DNA of 64,000 nucleotides from Marsupella aquatica (taxonomy: Eukaryota; Plantae; Marchantiophyta), in NCBI GenBank assembly GCA_973895155.1, contig OZ316893.1, positions 15,158,645 through 15,222,644 on the forward strand, written 5' to 3'. Shown here one piece after another: positions 47,461 to 60,200 of this stretch. A program made the translations under genes and the position numbers. The notes under the pieces were generated by a model that was not told where the DNA came from, searched no databases, and was given only the letters and a program-made list of their open reading frames with translations. Position 1 is the stretch's first letter; each line of letters starts with the position of its first letter.

Positions 47461-49799
47461 TATCAGGGGAAATCCGTGAAACCCCACAAAAGGGATCAAT
47501 CAGTAACAAATTTTTGAACCCAAGACCTATGAGTCACTACTCGAGTGAGCTGCCACACAGCCATGCCTCTCTGGGCTTAACCAAAGACTTTTGACAACAA
47601 CTCTTTGAAGTTTGAGACACAAGGGAGAAGTTTGAAATAGATAAATTGCTCTTTGAAAATCTCTTCCAAAATCTTTTCTAAGAATTCTAAGCATGAATGA
47701 CTTTATGAGAGAGAAAATTGAAATCATAATTTGCTGACAACGTAGCTTGACATTCAAGGAAGGCGGAACAATTTTGAAATATGTGAGCTCTTTGATACTT
47801 GACATAATTTGACAATGTTAGGATCACTGAAAATACCTTTCCAAAATCTTTGTAATGTTTCATCAAGAGATCAGGGAGAAGTTTTTTGTTGGTGCCATGG
47901 CTAGACTTATAAGGAAGACTTATAAGGGAATTAGAAATTGATGATTGCTTCAGTACTTGAGAATATTCAATGGTAAGCTCATTTAGAAAACAATTAAAAC
48001 AGTTTCTAAGAATTCTAAGCACAAAATGTTCCAGTGAGAGATTAGGCTTAAATTTGAGATCAATTTTTTTGTTGGTGTCATAGTTTCAAGAAGGGGCCAA
48101 ACAGGTTGGACCGGAGCAAACTAAACACTCAACCCAAGATTGAGGGTTGGACACCATGTTGCAATTAGGGTAGAGTACATGGATGACCATTGATGGTGAA
48201 ACCTGGCCAAATGTTGACTGTTGGGTTGTTTCAAGCTAACAAAAGTACTTTGCTTAATCAATAGTGAAAAAATGGCAACAAAATATGTATTTGGACAAGG
48301 AGGGTGGCCATAGGGAATCTCAGGAAATTTTTTTCCAGTGGGTTGTGTAAAGGAGTGTTTTAGGTTTTTTTGCAACTAGCCTCTACAGTAACTTAAGTCA
48401 TGGTAACCATTATTTACTGAAAAGAGTCATGGAATATCAATCTGGAACTCTATAATCTTCTCTTATTGTAAATTTAAATGAGTTGTTAAGGTACATCACA
48501 TTTTGAAATTTGAGACCCCTACTGAGTAAATCTCAGTTTACAACAAAGTTTAATGAAAAAAATACATGAATTTTATGTCCTCCATGATTTTTCCCTCTGT
48601 GTTTTTTAGTGCATTCTTAGAGAAAATGCCATGTGAAGATTTGGATCACTATCAACTCAAAATTCATAAAAACAAAAATAGTTTAGGCCTTTAGATGTAT
48701 TAAGATCTCATGTCCAGAACATTCTAGGCAATAATCCCCCTCAAGACTTTGGCTGAAGCTCCTTTATTTAGGCATTACATTCACATTGTCCTAATAAGGC
48801 ACTGGTATATGATTTGTACCCTCTGTGATGTATTTCTTTGCATTTTAGGCATTTGAATGCATCGTCAAGATTTGAATGGATTTATTATAAGGATTCTGTT
48901 CTACTTTACCAATATTAGTAAAACTGTTGGACTTTAAGGTCTTGTTACCATAATGTCATGGGCAACGATAGTCTCAAAATCTCGTTTTTCTGTTTACTTG
49001 TTGGGTGTTTATCCTGTTTGGCCCTCTTTTTCTTTCCCTTCATTGTACTTTCTTTTTTTCTTGTTTTTTAAATTTAGGTGAAAGCCTTATCCCTAAATAT
49101 TCTTGTGCAAGGAGTAAAGTCATATTTCAATTTGCATCTGGAAAAAACATGATGGATTGCTTTTGGAATGACACCTAGAGTAGTTTTTCCAGGCACCCAA
49201 ACCAACTCCTAATTGTTTTGAAAATTTATGCATAAATTATTTGGATAAGTTTTGAATGTATGTGTAATCTAAATCTACTAGCTCACAAACCCAATCTACT
49301 AGCTCACAAAGTTTGCAATTTTTCTGAGATCATTTGTTTCATTTCTGAACAACAAAAACATTGTCAAACATTACAAGCAAAATGCCAAGAGAAGCTCCAC
49401 GTTTGTGAAGGACTCTTTGAATAGTTTGAAATGGAGCCATGAATCACCACTTTTGGATGGATCAGTTTGGGCATGGGGAGTGATTTATGTCGGTGTAAAA
49501 TGATTAAAAGTGGCTACAAATTGTAATCAGGAGCCCCTTTGCATGTGAGATTTTAGTCAAAAGTGCAACACATATTACCTTCTAAGTCGATCTGCTTAGA
49601 CATTTTGTGCCAGTCCATCTAAGCTTTGGTAATCCATCCTGGCTCCACAACAAACCCTTAGGTACGTCCAGGCTTTACTGTCATTCCATTTACAAGCATT
49701 GTGAGTTATAATGCTCCAAAACAAACGAAGCAAAGAACTAATAGGAAGCAAAAGTCTCTTGAATACAAACATAAAACACACATACGTGTAAACAAAATC

Positions 49800-50150
49800 C
49801 CTTGGTAGCTAGGGGCATACATCCTAGAATCTAAGATGTCATAGGGTGTAGGCATCTCAATAACCCCATCAACAACATCCCAAATGCTGCTGGAGAATCT
49901 GCCAGCTTAGGGAGCAAAGGAGTTGGGGCTAAAGCTACATGTAGAGCATCTGTAACAAAAAAATGAGCAAAAGATAATAGTACCAATAGAGGAGCCAAGG
50001 ACCTGAAGACCTCTAGTTGGATGAGAGGAAGGGCCAAATCGGAGGAGGTCCGATGATAACCCAGATGGACTCCAAACACAACTATTCATGAGCTTAACCC
50101 GTAAACCAAGGGCCATCAACAGGTTAGAAAGGGTGGTGAGGACCAACTGT
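49800..50150 (-). pseudogene. Probable second CRE-like RT fragment
   Basis: LGLRVKLMNSCVWSP...GLQVLGSSIG and LLPKLADSPAAFGMLL resemble the RT C-terminal/thumb region of CRE-type elements. Confidence 0.45.
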
Positions 50151-52572
50151 TAGAAGAACATCTCACACAAAATGGTACCTATGGTGGGCCCAAAGGTTTA
50201 CTGGGAAAGAGTTTGCAACTTTTGGTCTGTTAAGTGAAAAAATTGCCTTTGGAGATCTATTAAGTATATTTCTCCCTCAATGACGGTCATATAAAGTTGC
50301 ATTTGGAGGTCTATTAAATTTATTTCTCCCTCAATGACGGTCTCATATGATTTTAATTCGATCATTCTTATCGCCTTTTGTTTAATTTCATTCTTATCAC
50401 CTTTTGTTTTAGTGTTTTGCATCATCATATCAAATTATCGTTCAGCAAATAGATTATATTTACGGGTCTAGTTAGAGACTCTTGTAATTGTGAGAAATCT
50501 GTGAAAAATCCACATCATCCCATAAATTCTAAACCATTGGATCTGTGTAATTAGACCATCTAGATTCTTTTCATGTGTGAGCACCTGTGTGAACACTCAT
50601 GTGAGACAAAAGTGAGAACTTGATTCTCAGCCATTGGATGTTTCTAATTGGAGCATCCAGATTTCTTGCATGTGGGAACTCTTGTATATTCCTTGGATGG
50701 GGGACACCTGTATGCAGAATCATGTGGGACAAAAATGAGAACCCGGCATTAGAATATTAGACAATGTCCATGCAATCATGTCACACCAAAATAGATGCAT
50801 GTACGTCATTTTTCTTAACCATGTCATAATGAATGAGTGGACATGTCCAATTAACTTACCCCTCATTCCATGTCTCCACATCCATTTTACATCAACTTGT
50901 CATCAAACAATATGATACACTACTATCCCCCAAAAGCACTGTCATTTTTACAAAATGAGGAAAAAGTGAGAGTAAATCCTAGCCCTTTATCAAAAATTAT
51001 TATTTTTGGCACCATCAGATCCACCTAGACACCCCGCTAGACACTCCTCCCAACTCAAATGTCTGTAAGAATGCCTGCTCGCATCTGCCAAAAATGAAAA
51101 TTATAATAAATTTTGGAAATTTTGGAAAAATCTGAATATCTAAACTATTATTTAAATACACATATCAAGAGTCACCTACAAATAAAATAAATAAATCAAA
51201 AAACACTCCCTCATATTGTGCGACCATAAATGGACACCCGTCGCACGTGCCCATGCACAGACCTTTTCCCTCCCCAATAGCAACACTTTCACAACAATAA
51301 CATACCTCGAGGGCCTCACGCCAAGGGGGTCTCATATCAAGCGCAAAGTTTTTGGGGAAAGACACATTAAACATAAGTAAAAGTTTTAATCACTGATTTT
51401 TTAAACACAAATTCTTTTGACTGTTTAGAATCTTCTTATAATTTTCAAAAATTGATTAAAACAGCCCTAATGTTTTTCCACAAAAATCTATTAGTCTTTC
51501 ACAAGATCCTATAAAAAAACCTTTACTTATTTGTACATTATGGGTAGGAAGAAAATAAGCGAGGACCCGTGGACAACAATGACCAAACTGATAACAATTT
51601 TACAACATTAACAACCCAACCAAAATGAGGAGACTTTTGCACCCATGAAGTATGACAAACAATCAGGCCCGTGCTTTTTAATCTGATGGCACTATCATGG
51701 TTGTTTTCCAAAATTTGACTTTTTTCATCCCAACAAAAGACTGTGAAGCAAAACATGGAAGGGGTCAAAGAGACTGGAAAAAGGGGAGGGGCAATGATCA
51801 AGGAGAAAGTGGGAGGCACATGGATGGGAAGACATGGCCTTCGAAGCTCAATGGATGAGAAAAGGGGAACGCAATGATAACTTTTATGCAACAAATTCTT
51901 TTACATACCTGCATATTGTATGCCACTGTAACATCCTGCACAACATCATACTTTCTGCAATTATATCTTTTGTACATCTTTTGCATAATGACATCTTTTA
52001 TGCAATATCATCTTTTATGTCATGTCATCTTTTGGGTAATGACATCTTTTACACTAGAACATTTTCAATTTGCATAACAATATCTCTGGTGTAATACACA
52101 GGTATTGAGCTAGTTTAATTTGCATAACAACCAATCACCCAAAACTTCATTATGTTCTGTAGAGCCCTTAATGGTGGATGATAGGAATTTTATAACATTA
52201 CCAAAACTAAACCTCAACTAATATTTTACCCTCGAGTCCTTGCAACACTAAATGGTTCCACCATTGGGTTGTTCCAAAGTAGCCAGAGTTACTTTGGTTA
52301 ATCAAGAGTGGAAAAGGGTGGGATTATCATGATTTAACACAAAATAGTGACATAGTATCCAATTCTATCATTTTGGTGCCCCTCGAGCCTGCAGTTGACC
52401 AAGGATGCACTACACAACAAGGGCACATGAGAACCTTCAAATGAGGTTGGACTTATCTAGAGAGTATTTGTAGTAGTGTTACCAGTTTGGGACAGGCTCC
52501 TTCTCGGGCTTCTTGAGGCATGTGGGTATCAAATTATGTGTTAGTTGGCTTGCAGTAACAACTTGTTGGGTG

Positions 52573-52993
52573 TGTTGAGCATAGACGACGATCGCAACGG
52601 CAAGCCCATGAACCATCCAACGCACAATAGTCGACACAAGAGATACGTGGTTCACCTCCTTGAGGCTACGTCCACGGGAACACACAAGAGAGCTTTACTG
52701 AACTCTAAGCCCGTCGGCTATACCGAGTCTCCACAGTGTAAGCTCTCCCTATCTCTCAAGTGGCTCCATAACAATGAGCCTTGGTTCTACCTCTCCAAGC
52801 ACACATGCCTCTTATGATATAGTGTGCAACTTAGTTGTACCTAACCACATAGTTGTACCTAATCACGTAGTTGTACCTAACCACATAGTTGTACCTAATC
52901 ACGTAGTTGTATCTAACCACGTAGTTGTACCAACCCACGTTGTTGTACCAACCACGTCATACCTAACCTAGACGTAAGAGTAAATACCCAACA
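52573..52993 (-). repeat. Copia 3' LTR
   Basis: Direct repeat of 58646-59066, preceded on the minus strand by PPT AGTCAAGGGGAAGAT (52994-53008). Confidence 0.97.
52832..52957. repeat. 18-bp tandem array (~7 units) in U3 of the copia LTR; also at 58905-59030
   Basis: TAGTTGTACCTAACCACA / TAGTTGTACCTAATCACG units. Confidence 0.9.
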
Positions 52994-53183
52994 ATCTTCC
53001 CCTTGACTCTGGTCTAGGGGAGAGTAATACTGCCAATGTATATGATCCCTCAGCGGGAAGTTCTGGACAGAACCAAACCGGTTTCCCTCTCTAACTAGAG
53101 CAAACCAGAACTAAGCCGTAGCCTAATACATAGGAATGAGGAAGAGCATATATCAGTAATTACAATGAATGTTTAAGAAAACT

Positions 53184-56100
53184 CTACTTGTGATGCAATT
53201 GCAAAACCTGCAATACGTCACGGTGTCTAGAGAAACTCTCCAAAGGAATCACTTTGGTAAATGCGTCAGCCGGGTTGAGTTTACCATCAATCTTGACTAG
53301 CTCAAACAAATTATCAGACACAGCCTGCCTGATAAAATGGTACCTGACGTCAATGTGCTTCACTCTGCTGTCCATCACCTGGTTCACAGCAAGGTGGAGC
53401 GCACTTTGACTATCACAATGGAGCTTCACATTCCCCTGTGGCAATCCCATTTCAGTGATAAGTCTATCCAACCAAATCGCTTCCTTTGTTGCTTCCGCAG
53501 CTGCAACATACTCCGCTTCTGTAGTAGACTGAGCAATACACTTCTGCAAAGTAGACCTCCAACTTATGCATCCACCGCCAAGTGTGAACACGTATCCTGT
53601 TGTTGATCTCCTTCGGTCCAAATCTTGTCCATAGTCAGAATCTACATAGCCAATCAATGATCTAGCATTCTTTGCATTCGCATCAAATAAAAGACCATGA
53701 TCCACGGTACCCTTCAAGTACCTGATAATCCACTTCACTGCTTCCCAGTGTACCTTCCCTGGATTCGACATGTACCTGCTCACCTTGCCCATAGCCATGG
53801 CAAGATCAGGTCTAGTGCAAGTCATCAAATACATGAGACTCCCCACTGCCTTGTCATATGGAACCTTTGACATCAACCCCTTCTCTGTGTCATCCGTAGG
53901 ACAGAACGCTGATGATAACTTGAAGTGTGGAGCCAACGGGGTACTTACTGGCTTGCTATTCTCCATGTTGAACCTTGCAATTACCTTCCTCGCATAACTG
54001 CTCTGTGTCAACCATAGCTTGCCAGCCTCCAAGTCCCTAGTGATCTCCATACCCAAAATCCTCTTAGCTGGCCCTAAGTCCTTCATCTTAAACTCTGCAC
54101 TAAGCAGTGCCTTGAGCTTAACAATCTCAGACCTATCCTTGGCTGCAATTAGCATGTCATCCACATAAAGTACTAAAACAATGAACCCAAAGACAACATT
54201 CTTCACCGGTTTCAAATACACACAAGGGTCAAATACACTTCTGTGAAAACCTTGTGACCGAATCCAATCGTCAAACCGCTTGTTCCACTGTCTTGGTGAC
54301 TGCTTCAACCCATACAAGGATTTCAGAAATCTGCAAACCAATTCCTCCTGTCCTCTCTTCACAAAACCTAGCGGTTGTCTCATGAAGATCACCTCTTCCA
54401 ATGTGCCATAGAGGAAAGCTGTGACAACATCCATCTGATCTAGGAGCAGACCAAACATTACAACAAGTACACACAATAGTCGTATTGTAGAGTACTTAGC
54501 AACTGGTGAGAAGACCTCATTGTAATCCACACCTTTCTCTTGTGTGAATCCCTTTGCTACCAATCTAGCCTTGTAGACCTTCGATCCACCTCCTATGGAA
54601 TTATCCTTCAGCTTGTAAATCCACTTGCTGTCCACCACTTGCTGACCCTTAGGCAGCTTAACAAGCTCCCAAGTTTTGTTGTCCTTTAGTGACTGCATCT
54701 CCGTTTGCATTGCTGCAGTCCACTTCTGCTTCTCCTTTGAAGCACTTGCCTCATGAAATGAAGAAGGTTCTCCTTCTTCCAAAATTAACGCATCACCCTC
54801 ATCATCAGCTGTAAAATCATCCTCTTGCAGTTGAGATGAATCAACCCACTGTCCATACCTTGATGGAGCGCGTACAGTGCGACCAGATGTTCTTCTAGCC
54901 GATGACTCCGGTTGATCTGCGTGTGCTGGTACAATTTGAAGCTCAACAGCATCCACTTGCTGCTCACCAGCATCAACAAACTCCTCTGGTTCCTCTGGCA
55001 CAGGAACCAGCTCCATAATTGGAGCAACTCCTTCTCTCCGGTCATGCACCTCATAACCAATCTCCCCCTCAACGAGATCCGGGATATGAGATTTTCCTTT
55101 GTCAGTACGGGAGACCTGAGTATTCTCCCCCTCCTTCAATAATCTGGATTCATTGAAGGAAACATCCCTACTGACAACGAGCTTACAGGCAATAGGATCC
55201 CATAGCCTATAGGCTTTCACACCACTCTGGTACCCAAGAAAAATACATTTTCTGGAGGTAGGATCCAACTTGGTCCTATTCTGCTTTGGTGTGAGAGCAT
55301 ATGCATCACTTCCAAAAATTACCAAGCCATGATAGTCTGCTTGCCGCTTATAGCGCATCTCAAACGGCGTTTTGAAATTGATAGCACTAGAAGGAGAAAG
55401 ATTTACCAAATAAGCTGCGGTATTGACAGCTTCTGCCCAAAATTCTTGTGGTAAACCTGATTGGCTCAACATACTCCGTGACCGCTCCAACAGTGTCCGA
55501 TTGAGCCTCTCAGCGACACCATTCTGCTGCGGAGTATAAACTGTGGTGAGATGGCGAGTTATCCCCTGTTCTGAACAGTACTCTTCAAATTCCATTGAAG
55601 TGTACTCCCCGCCGTTGTCTGACCTCAGACTCTTCACCCTTGTATCCAAACACTTGATCGTGTTTCCAGTCCGATTCTCCACCTGGGCCTTCCACTTCTT
55701 AAAAATGGACAAGACATCAGACTTATGCGTCATGAAATAAATCCACACAAATCTTGAGTAATCATCAATAAATGATACATAATACAACTTTCCAGAGTGT
55801 GAGGGAGTCGGGGATGGACCCCACACGTCACTATGTATGTACTCAATAACCGCTTTGGAACAATGAGTTCCAACACCAAAAGCACGACGATGCTGCTTTC
55901 CAAGAATGCAATACTCACAAAACTCTAATTTACAAGATTGCAAATCAGAAATGAGTCCATTCTTCCGTAAGATAGCCAAACCCTTCTCACTCATGTGGCC
56001 TAGCCGTGAATGCCACAGTTGAGTCATCTCCTCGTGAGACTTGGTTACATTGGCCTCTCCACATTTTGTATTGCCCTGTAACACATACAAATTCTTTTGT

Positions 56101-56411
56101 CTACTCCCCTTCAAAATCACTGTCTCTCCCGACCTGACTTGAAGTTCACCATCAATAACGCTCCATTGATGACCATTTGAATCCAACACACCGAGTGAAA
56201 TCAGATTCATACGCATGCCAGGTACATACCTGACTCCGGACACTGTGCGCACAGCGCCATCAAACATTTGAATCTTCACAGACCCAATTCCCTCAATTTG
56301 ACAGGAGTGATCATTTCCCATCAAAACTGAACCGTTTGAAACAGAGTAAGAACTGAAAAACTCACGAATGTAACAAATATGAAAAGAGCAAGCACAATCA
56401 AGAATCCACAC
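53184..56411 (-). CDS. pol: Copia pol (protease, integrase, RT, RNase H), open frame
   Basis: WILDCACSFH, WHSRLGH..CEYC, HSDVWGP, LRSDNGGEY, QNGVAER, YKARLVAKG, LYGLKQSPRQW, LYVDDML, GYVDSD, NPADAFTK. Confidence 0.95.
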   Translation of the reverse strand: MWILDCACSFHICYIREFFSSYSVSNGSVLMGNDHSCQIEGIGSVKIQMFDGAVRTVSGVRYVPGMRMNLISLGVLDSNGHQWSVIDGELQVRSGETVILKGSRQKNLYVLQGNTKCGEANVTKSHEEMTQLWHSRLGHMSEKGLAILRKNGLISDLQSCKLEFCEYCILGKQHRRAFGVGTHCSKAVIEYIHSDVWGPSPTPSHSGKLYYVSFIDDYSRFVWIYFMTHKSDVLSIFKKWKAQVENRTGNTIKCLDTRVKSLRSDNGGEYTSMEFEEYCSEQGITRHLTTVYTPQQNGVAERLNRTLLERSRSMLSQSGLPQEFWAEAVNTAAYLVNLSPSSAINFKTPFEMRYKRQADYHGLVIFGSDAYALTPKQNRTKLDPTSRKCIFLGYQSGVKAYRLWDPIACKLVVSRDVSFNESRLLKEGENTQVSRTDKGKSHIPDLVEGEIGYEVHDRREGVAPIMELVPVPEEPEEFVDAGEQQVDAVELQIVPAHADQPESSARRTSGRTVRAPSRYGQWVDSSQLQEDDFTADDEGDALILEEGEPSSFHEASASKEKQKWTAAMQTEMQSLKDNKTWELVKLPKGQQVVDSKWIYKLKDNSIGGGSKVYKARLVAKGFTQEKGVDYNEVFSPVAKYSTIRLLCVLVVMFGLLLDQMDVVTAFLYGTLEEVIFMRQPLGFVKRGQEELVCRFLKSLYGLKQSPRQWNKRFDDWIRSQGFHRSVFDPCVYLKPVKNVVFGFIVLVLYVDDMLIAAKDRSEIVKLKALLSAEFKMKDLGPAKRILGMEITRDLEAGKLWLTQSSYARKVIARFNMENSKPVSTPLAPHFKLSSAFCPTDDTEKGLMSKVPYDKAVGSLMYLMTCTRPDLAMAMGKVSRYMSNPGKVHWEAVKWIIRYLKGTVDHGLLFDANAKNARSLIGYVDSDYGQDLDRRRSTTGYVFTLGGGCISWRSTLQKCIAQSTTEAEYVAAAEATKEAIWLDRLITEMGLPQGNVKLHCDSQSALHLAVNQVMDSRVKHIDVRYHFIRQAVSDNLFELVKIDGKLNPADAFTKVIPLESFSRHRDVLQVLQLHHK

Positions 56412-57491
56412 ATCATCTGCTCTCCTAGATGACGTGCACAGGGCATACCCCCGGCTTCATAAAACATACTCATCATTGAGTAAATCAGCTTCTCCATCAG
56501 CCCTAGCCACATTTGTCGATGAAGTTTCCGTTGCCTTTCCCTTACAGTCTCGCTTGAAGTGTCCAACTTGGTTGCACTTCCAACATGTCACCTGCCTCCT
56601 CTGAGGGGATTTACCCTTGGACTTAGATATGGATTTAGATCTAAACTGGGTTCTATGGTCCCCAGTTGGTCGCTGCATACTCCTCCCACGGTTAACATTG
56701 AGGGCAGCACCAGATGATGAAGGCTGTGACGTGATGTGCATCTTCTGCTAAAGATCATCACTAAGCAGAGAACTTACCACGTCATTGTATGAAATGGTAT
56801 CCCTATCACGATGCAACAACACTCGTGATAGGGACTGGTAAGATGGAGGCAATGAACTAAGAAGCTGCAGAGCCTTCGTCTCATCATTCAAAGTCTCCCC
56901 AAGGTTTTCCAAGTCAACGATCATGTCGTTGAAAGCATCCACATGGTCTTGCAACTTCGTACCAGATTCCTTCATCCTGAAACTCATCAGTTTGTAGGAA
57001 GTGTAGAGCCGGTTCGACAACTCCTTGCGGTGATACTTGCTCTGCAATTCCGCAAACAAGGACATGCAATCCTTATGTGCACCTAACTGCTTGATGATGG
57101 GAGGCATGAGATAGAGTGTAACACACCACACTCCCTGCTCCTGCATGCGGTCCCATTGTTTCTCATCAACATCGTCTTCACGAGGGCTCAGCAGTTGGCC
57201 CATCCCTGACGCATAAAGCACTCCCTTCACCTGCTTCTCCCATAGCAAGTAGTCAGAGCGCCCATCATACTTTGTCACTTCATACTTGGGTCCCCCAAGC
57301 TTGAAAGTCCCCATCTTCTTCTTTATCGTGAGCTCCGGTAGTAGTACTGCTTCCTCCACCACACGCCGCACCGGTGATGGTATCGGTGTCACGTGCTCTT
57401 CCTCCTGCTCCTCTCTCTGCCCCTGAAACCTCCACGGTGATCCTCGTGCTTCAAGTTTCACGTCTTCGAAAAACTCCTCCGAATCACTCAT
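56412..57491 (-). pseudogene. gag: Copia gag, same frame as pol, with TAG (56748-56750) and TGA (56457-56459)
   Basis: KYDGRSDYLLW, LLSSLPPSY and zinc knuckle CWKCNQVGHFKRDC. The three ORFs share one frame. Confidence 0.9.
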
Positions 57492-58630
57492 ATGAGAAAA
57501 TCACAAAAAATGTTATTTTTCACAACTTCTCAAAAAACTCGAAACTCAACACCGTCGTGTAGCCCACAAAGCTAGGAGTCCAATACTGAAAACCGAAATC
57601 AAAATCGAAATTTGACGGAAAAGTTATTCAAATTTCGGTCGAGGTGGGTAAAACCTTGGGAAACTCCCCCGTTTTGACCACCTCAGGGAATAACCGAAAT
57701 ACCAAGTACAACCCGTTGTCGGAATTGCGATATGATTGGTGCGCTGCGTTGCCAACTTCAATGGCTACGACCTCGCCGAAAAATAACCAAAAAAGTTACC
57801 ATTCGGCGGATGAAATCTTTGTCGGACGGTCAAAAAATAACTCTCTGGTTTTTTGGAATATTCTATGACCCTTGTACAGGCCCTGTGGGAATTTTGGAAG
57901 AACAATCGAGGGGTTGACATGTGTCCTCGAACCCCCAAAACCCCCTACCACCCTTCGTCGTCGAAATCTGGTCGCGCGCGCAGAAAATACACACGGCAGA
58001 ATGTACCCCTCGACACCAAACGCAAGATATCTCACTCGGGTTTTGACGAAATCAAGATCCGATTTCAGATTTGGAAACTAGACTCCGAGGCGATGAAGAT
58101 CGATATAAGAAGCACCCAAAACGAGGAAAGAACGAGGGAGAAAAAAATTGGTAAAGATGACAGATTTCTCTCAATTGCCATAGCCAATTTCGAATCAGTT
58201 TTTCAAAGAGAAAAAAATGGTACCTTGTCAACAACGAATGTTGATCAATTGCACTTGGTGCCGTCACCAAGTCCAACAAGGTAATTGATTTTGCTTAGCC
58301 TTCCTCTTTGCATCAAAGAGCCAATCCCAGACTCAAAAACAATCGTCTTGCCTCAATCTCTCCGTTGAGTCAAAACACTTGATGCTTCTCCCTCCGAGTC
58401 GATTGCCAACTTTCTTCACAAAATCCAGAACGACAAAAACTTAGATCTCTTTGCACCACGAGCTCCGTTCAACGATTTCTTCACACCGTTAGAAAGCTCT
58501 TGCCCTGATCTATCCGTTGAGCCCATAAACTCCAAGTTCCATGCGATGGAACTCTGGAAAATCCACCAATACTCAACGTTGGAAAATCCGTCATGAAATC
58601 CCGTCACAAACACACGTCACCTCCCAAGCA

Positions 58631-58643
58631 TGCTCTGATACCA
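58631..58643 (-). promoter_or_regulatory. Primer binding site, initiator tRNA-Met
   Basis: TGGTATCAGAGCA, 2 bp inside the 5' LTR boundary. Confidence 0.95.
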
Positions 58644-58645
58644 AT

Positions 58646-59066
58646 TGTTGAGCATAGACGACGATCGCAACGGCAAGCCCATGAACCATCCAACGCACAA
58701 TAGTCGACACAAGAGATACGTGGTTCACCTCCTTGAGGCTACGTCCACGGGAACACACAAGAGAGCTTTACTGAACTCTAAGCCCGTCGGCTATACCGAG
58801 TCTCCACAGTGTAAGCTCTCCCTATCTCTCAAGTGGCTCCATAACAATGAGCCTTGGTTCTACCTCTCCAAGCACACATGCCTCTTATGATATAGTGTGC
58901 AACTTAGTTGTACCTAACCACATAGTTGTACCTAATCACGTAGTTGTACCTAACCACATAGTTGTACCTAATCACGTAGTTGTATCTAACCACGTAGTTG
59001 TACCAACCCACGTTGTTGTACCAACCACGTCATACCTAACCTAGACGTAAGAGTAAATACCCAACA
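58646..59066 (-). repeat. Copia 5' LTR
   Basis: Direct repeat of 52573-52993, followed by TSD GGGTG. Confidence 0.97.
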
Positions 59067-59339
59067 GGGTGTACTTGTGTGCAGCTCTTCAGAACTTTTC
59101 TTACGAGGACTCTAAGTGGATTGCAGGAGTGTGATTCCCCACCAATCAAACAAAACTTGCTTGTGCATTGAAGCTGACTAAGCAAACTTTGTCATTTAGA
59201 TCATCTTTGTGCTTTTTAAATTCATTTTTATTGCAATGGATAGAAATAACTCCAACTTAGTTTATCACTTACAGAATAGACATGGTGGACTATTTTAGTA
59301 AAATCTTAGTAATTAAGTACCAATGAATGTCAAAGTTAA

Positions 59340-60200
59340 GAATATCACAAACGCAAAACTAGTCAATGATTAGTTTTCCACAGAAGACAGATGTTGTGAC
59401 ACAAATGCCTTCTAAGTAATTTACCTAAGCCCACCTTAAGCCAAGTTGACACAGGCAGATCAGACCTAAGCTGACCTCAACTGAGCCAATCTGACCAGAA
59501 AAAACCTTGTCTAAGCCAAGTTGGCCTTTCCCAACCTAATCTATCTAAGCTAACTTCAAAATTTAAGACCAATGTTGTGCATTTTTTATTTCATTTCTAT
59601 TGGATAAAAAAGGTGCGAGTCTACTATTTAATAGTATAGACATAGCCGTATACTCTGGTAAAAGCTGAGTACCCGATTGGAACTTGAAATTGAGACCTAA
59701 AAACAGATATTCAAAGATATATAAAATAGACAAAGATAGCCAATGATCAGGTTGCCACATATACACAAATCTCTTCTTAGGTGATTTACCTGAGATCATT
59801 TCACTTAAGCTACTTTCCCTAAGCTGACCTTAAGTCAACCTGGCCTAAGCAGATCTGACCTCAACCAACCTTACCTAAGCCAAATTTACATATGCTGACG
59901 TTACATACGCTGAATTCAAAACTTAGAGCACGGTTGAGCATTTTAAACTTTCATTCGTACTTGATTTAAAAATTGAAAGTTTTAGAGCTCATAGAATATA
60001 CATGGTGACCATATACTGTGGCAAAATCTTAGTACCAATGGAGCATGGGGTCAAGAAAAAAAAGAGGCAAAGATAGCCAACATTTGTCGGATTAGTATGC
60101 CACATAAGACATAATTAAATGCCTTTTAAGCTGATTTGACCCAGGCAGATCTAACCTGAGCCGACCTCATCTATGCTGATATGACCTAGGAAAACTTAAA
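59340..60200. repeat. Degenerate ~350-bp tandem repeat with short CCTAAGCTGAC-type subrepeats
   Basis: Three blocks (near 59400, 59760, 60110) share AAATGCCTT.TAAG..ATTT.CC and GCAGATC..ACCT.AGC motifs. Confidence 0.5.

Larger units (their letters stand above)
52573..59066 (-). mobile_element. Full-length, very young Ty1/copia LTR retrotransposon
   Basis: 421-bp LTRs (TG...CA) that look identical, TSD GGGTG, Met-tRNA PBS, PPT, and gag-PR-INT-RT-RNaseH order. Confidence 0.98.

Noticed and set aside
52774-52971. ORF with VVPNH repeats (also 58847-59044)
   Set aside because: It is just the translation of the 18-bp LTR array on the antisense strand.
56457-56750. Stops repaired by U-to-C RNA editing
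   Set aside because: Such editing is known for plant organelles, not nuclear transposon RNA. Deamination of methylated C or readthrough is simpler.
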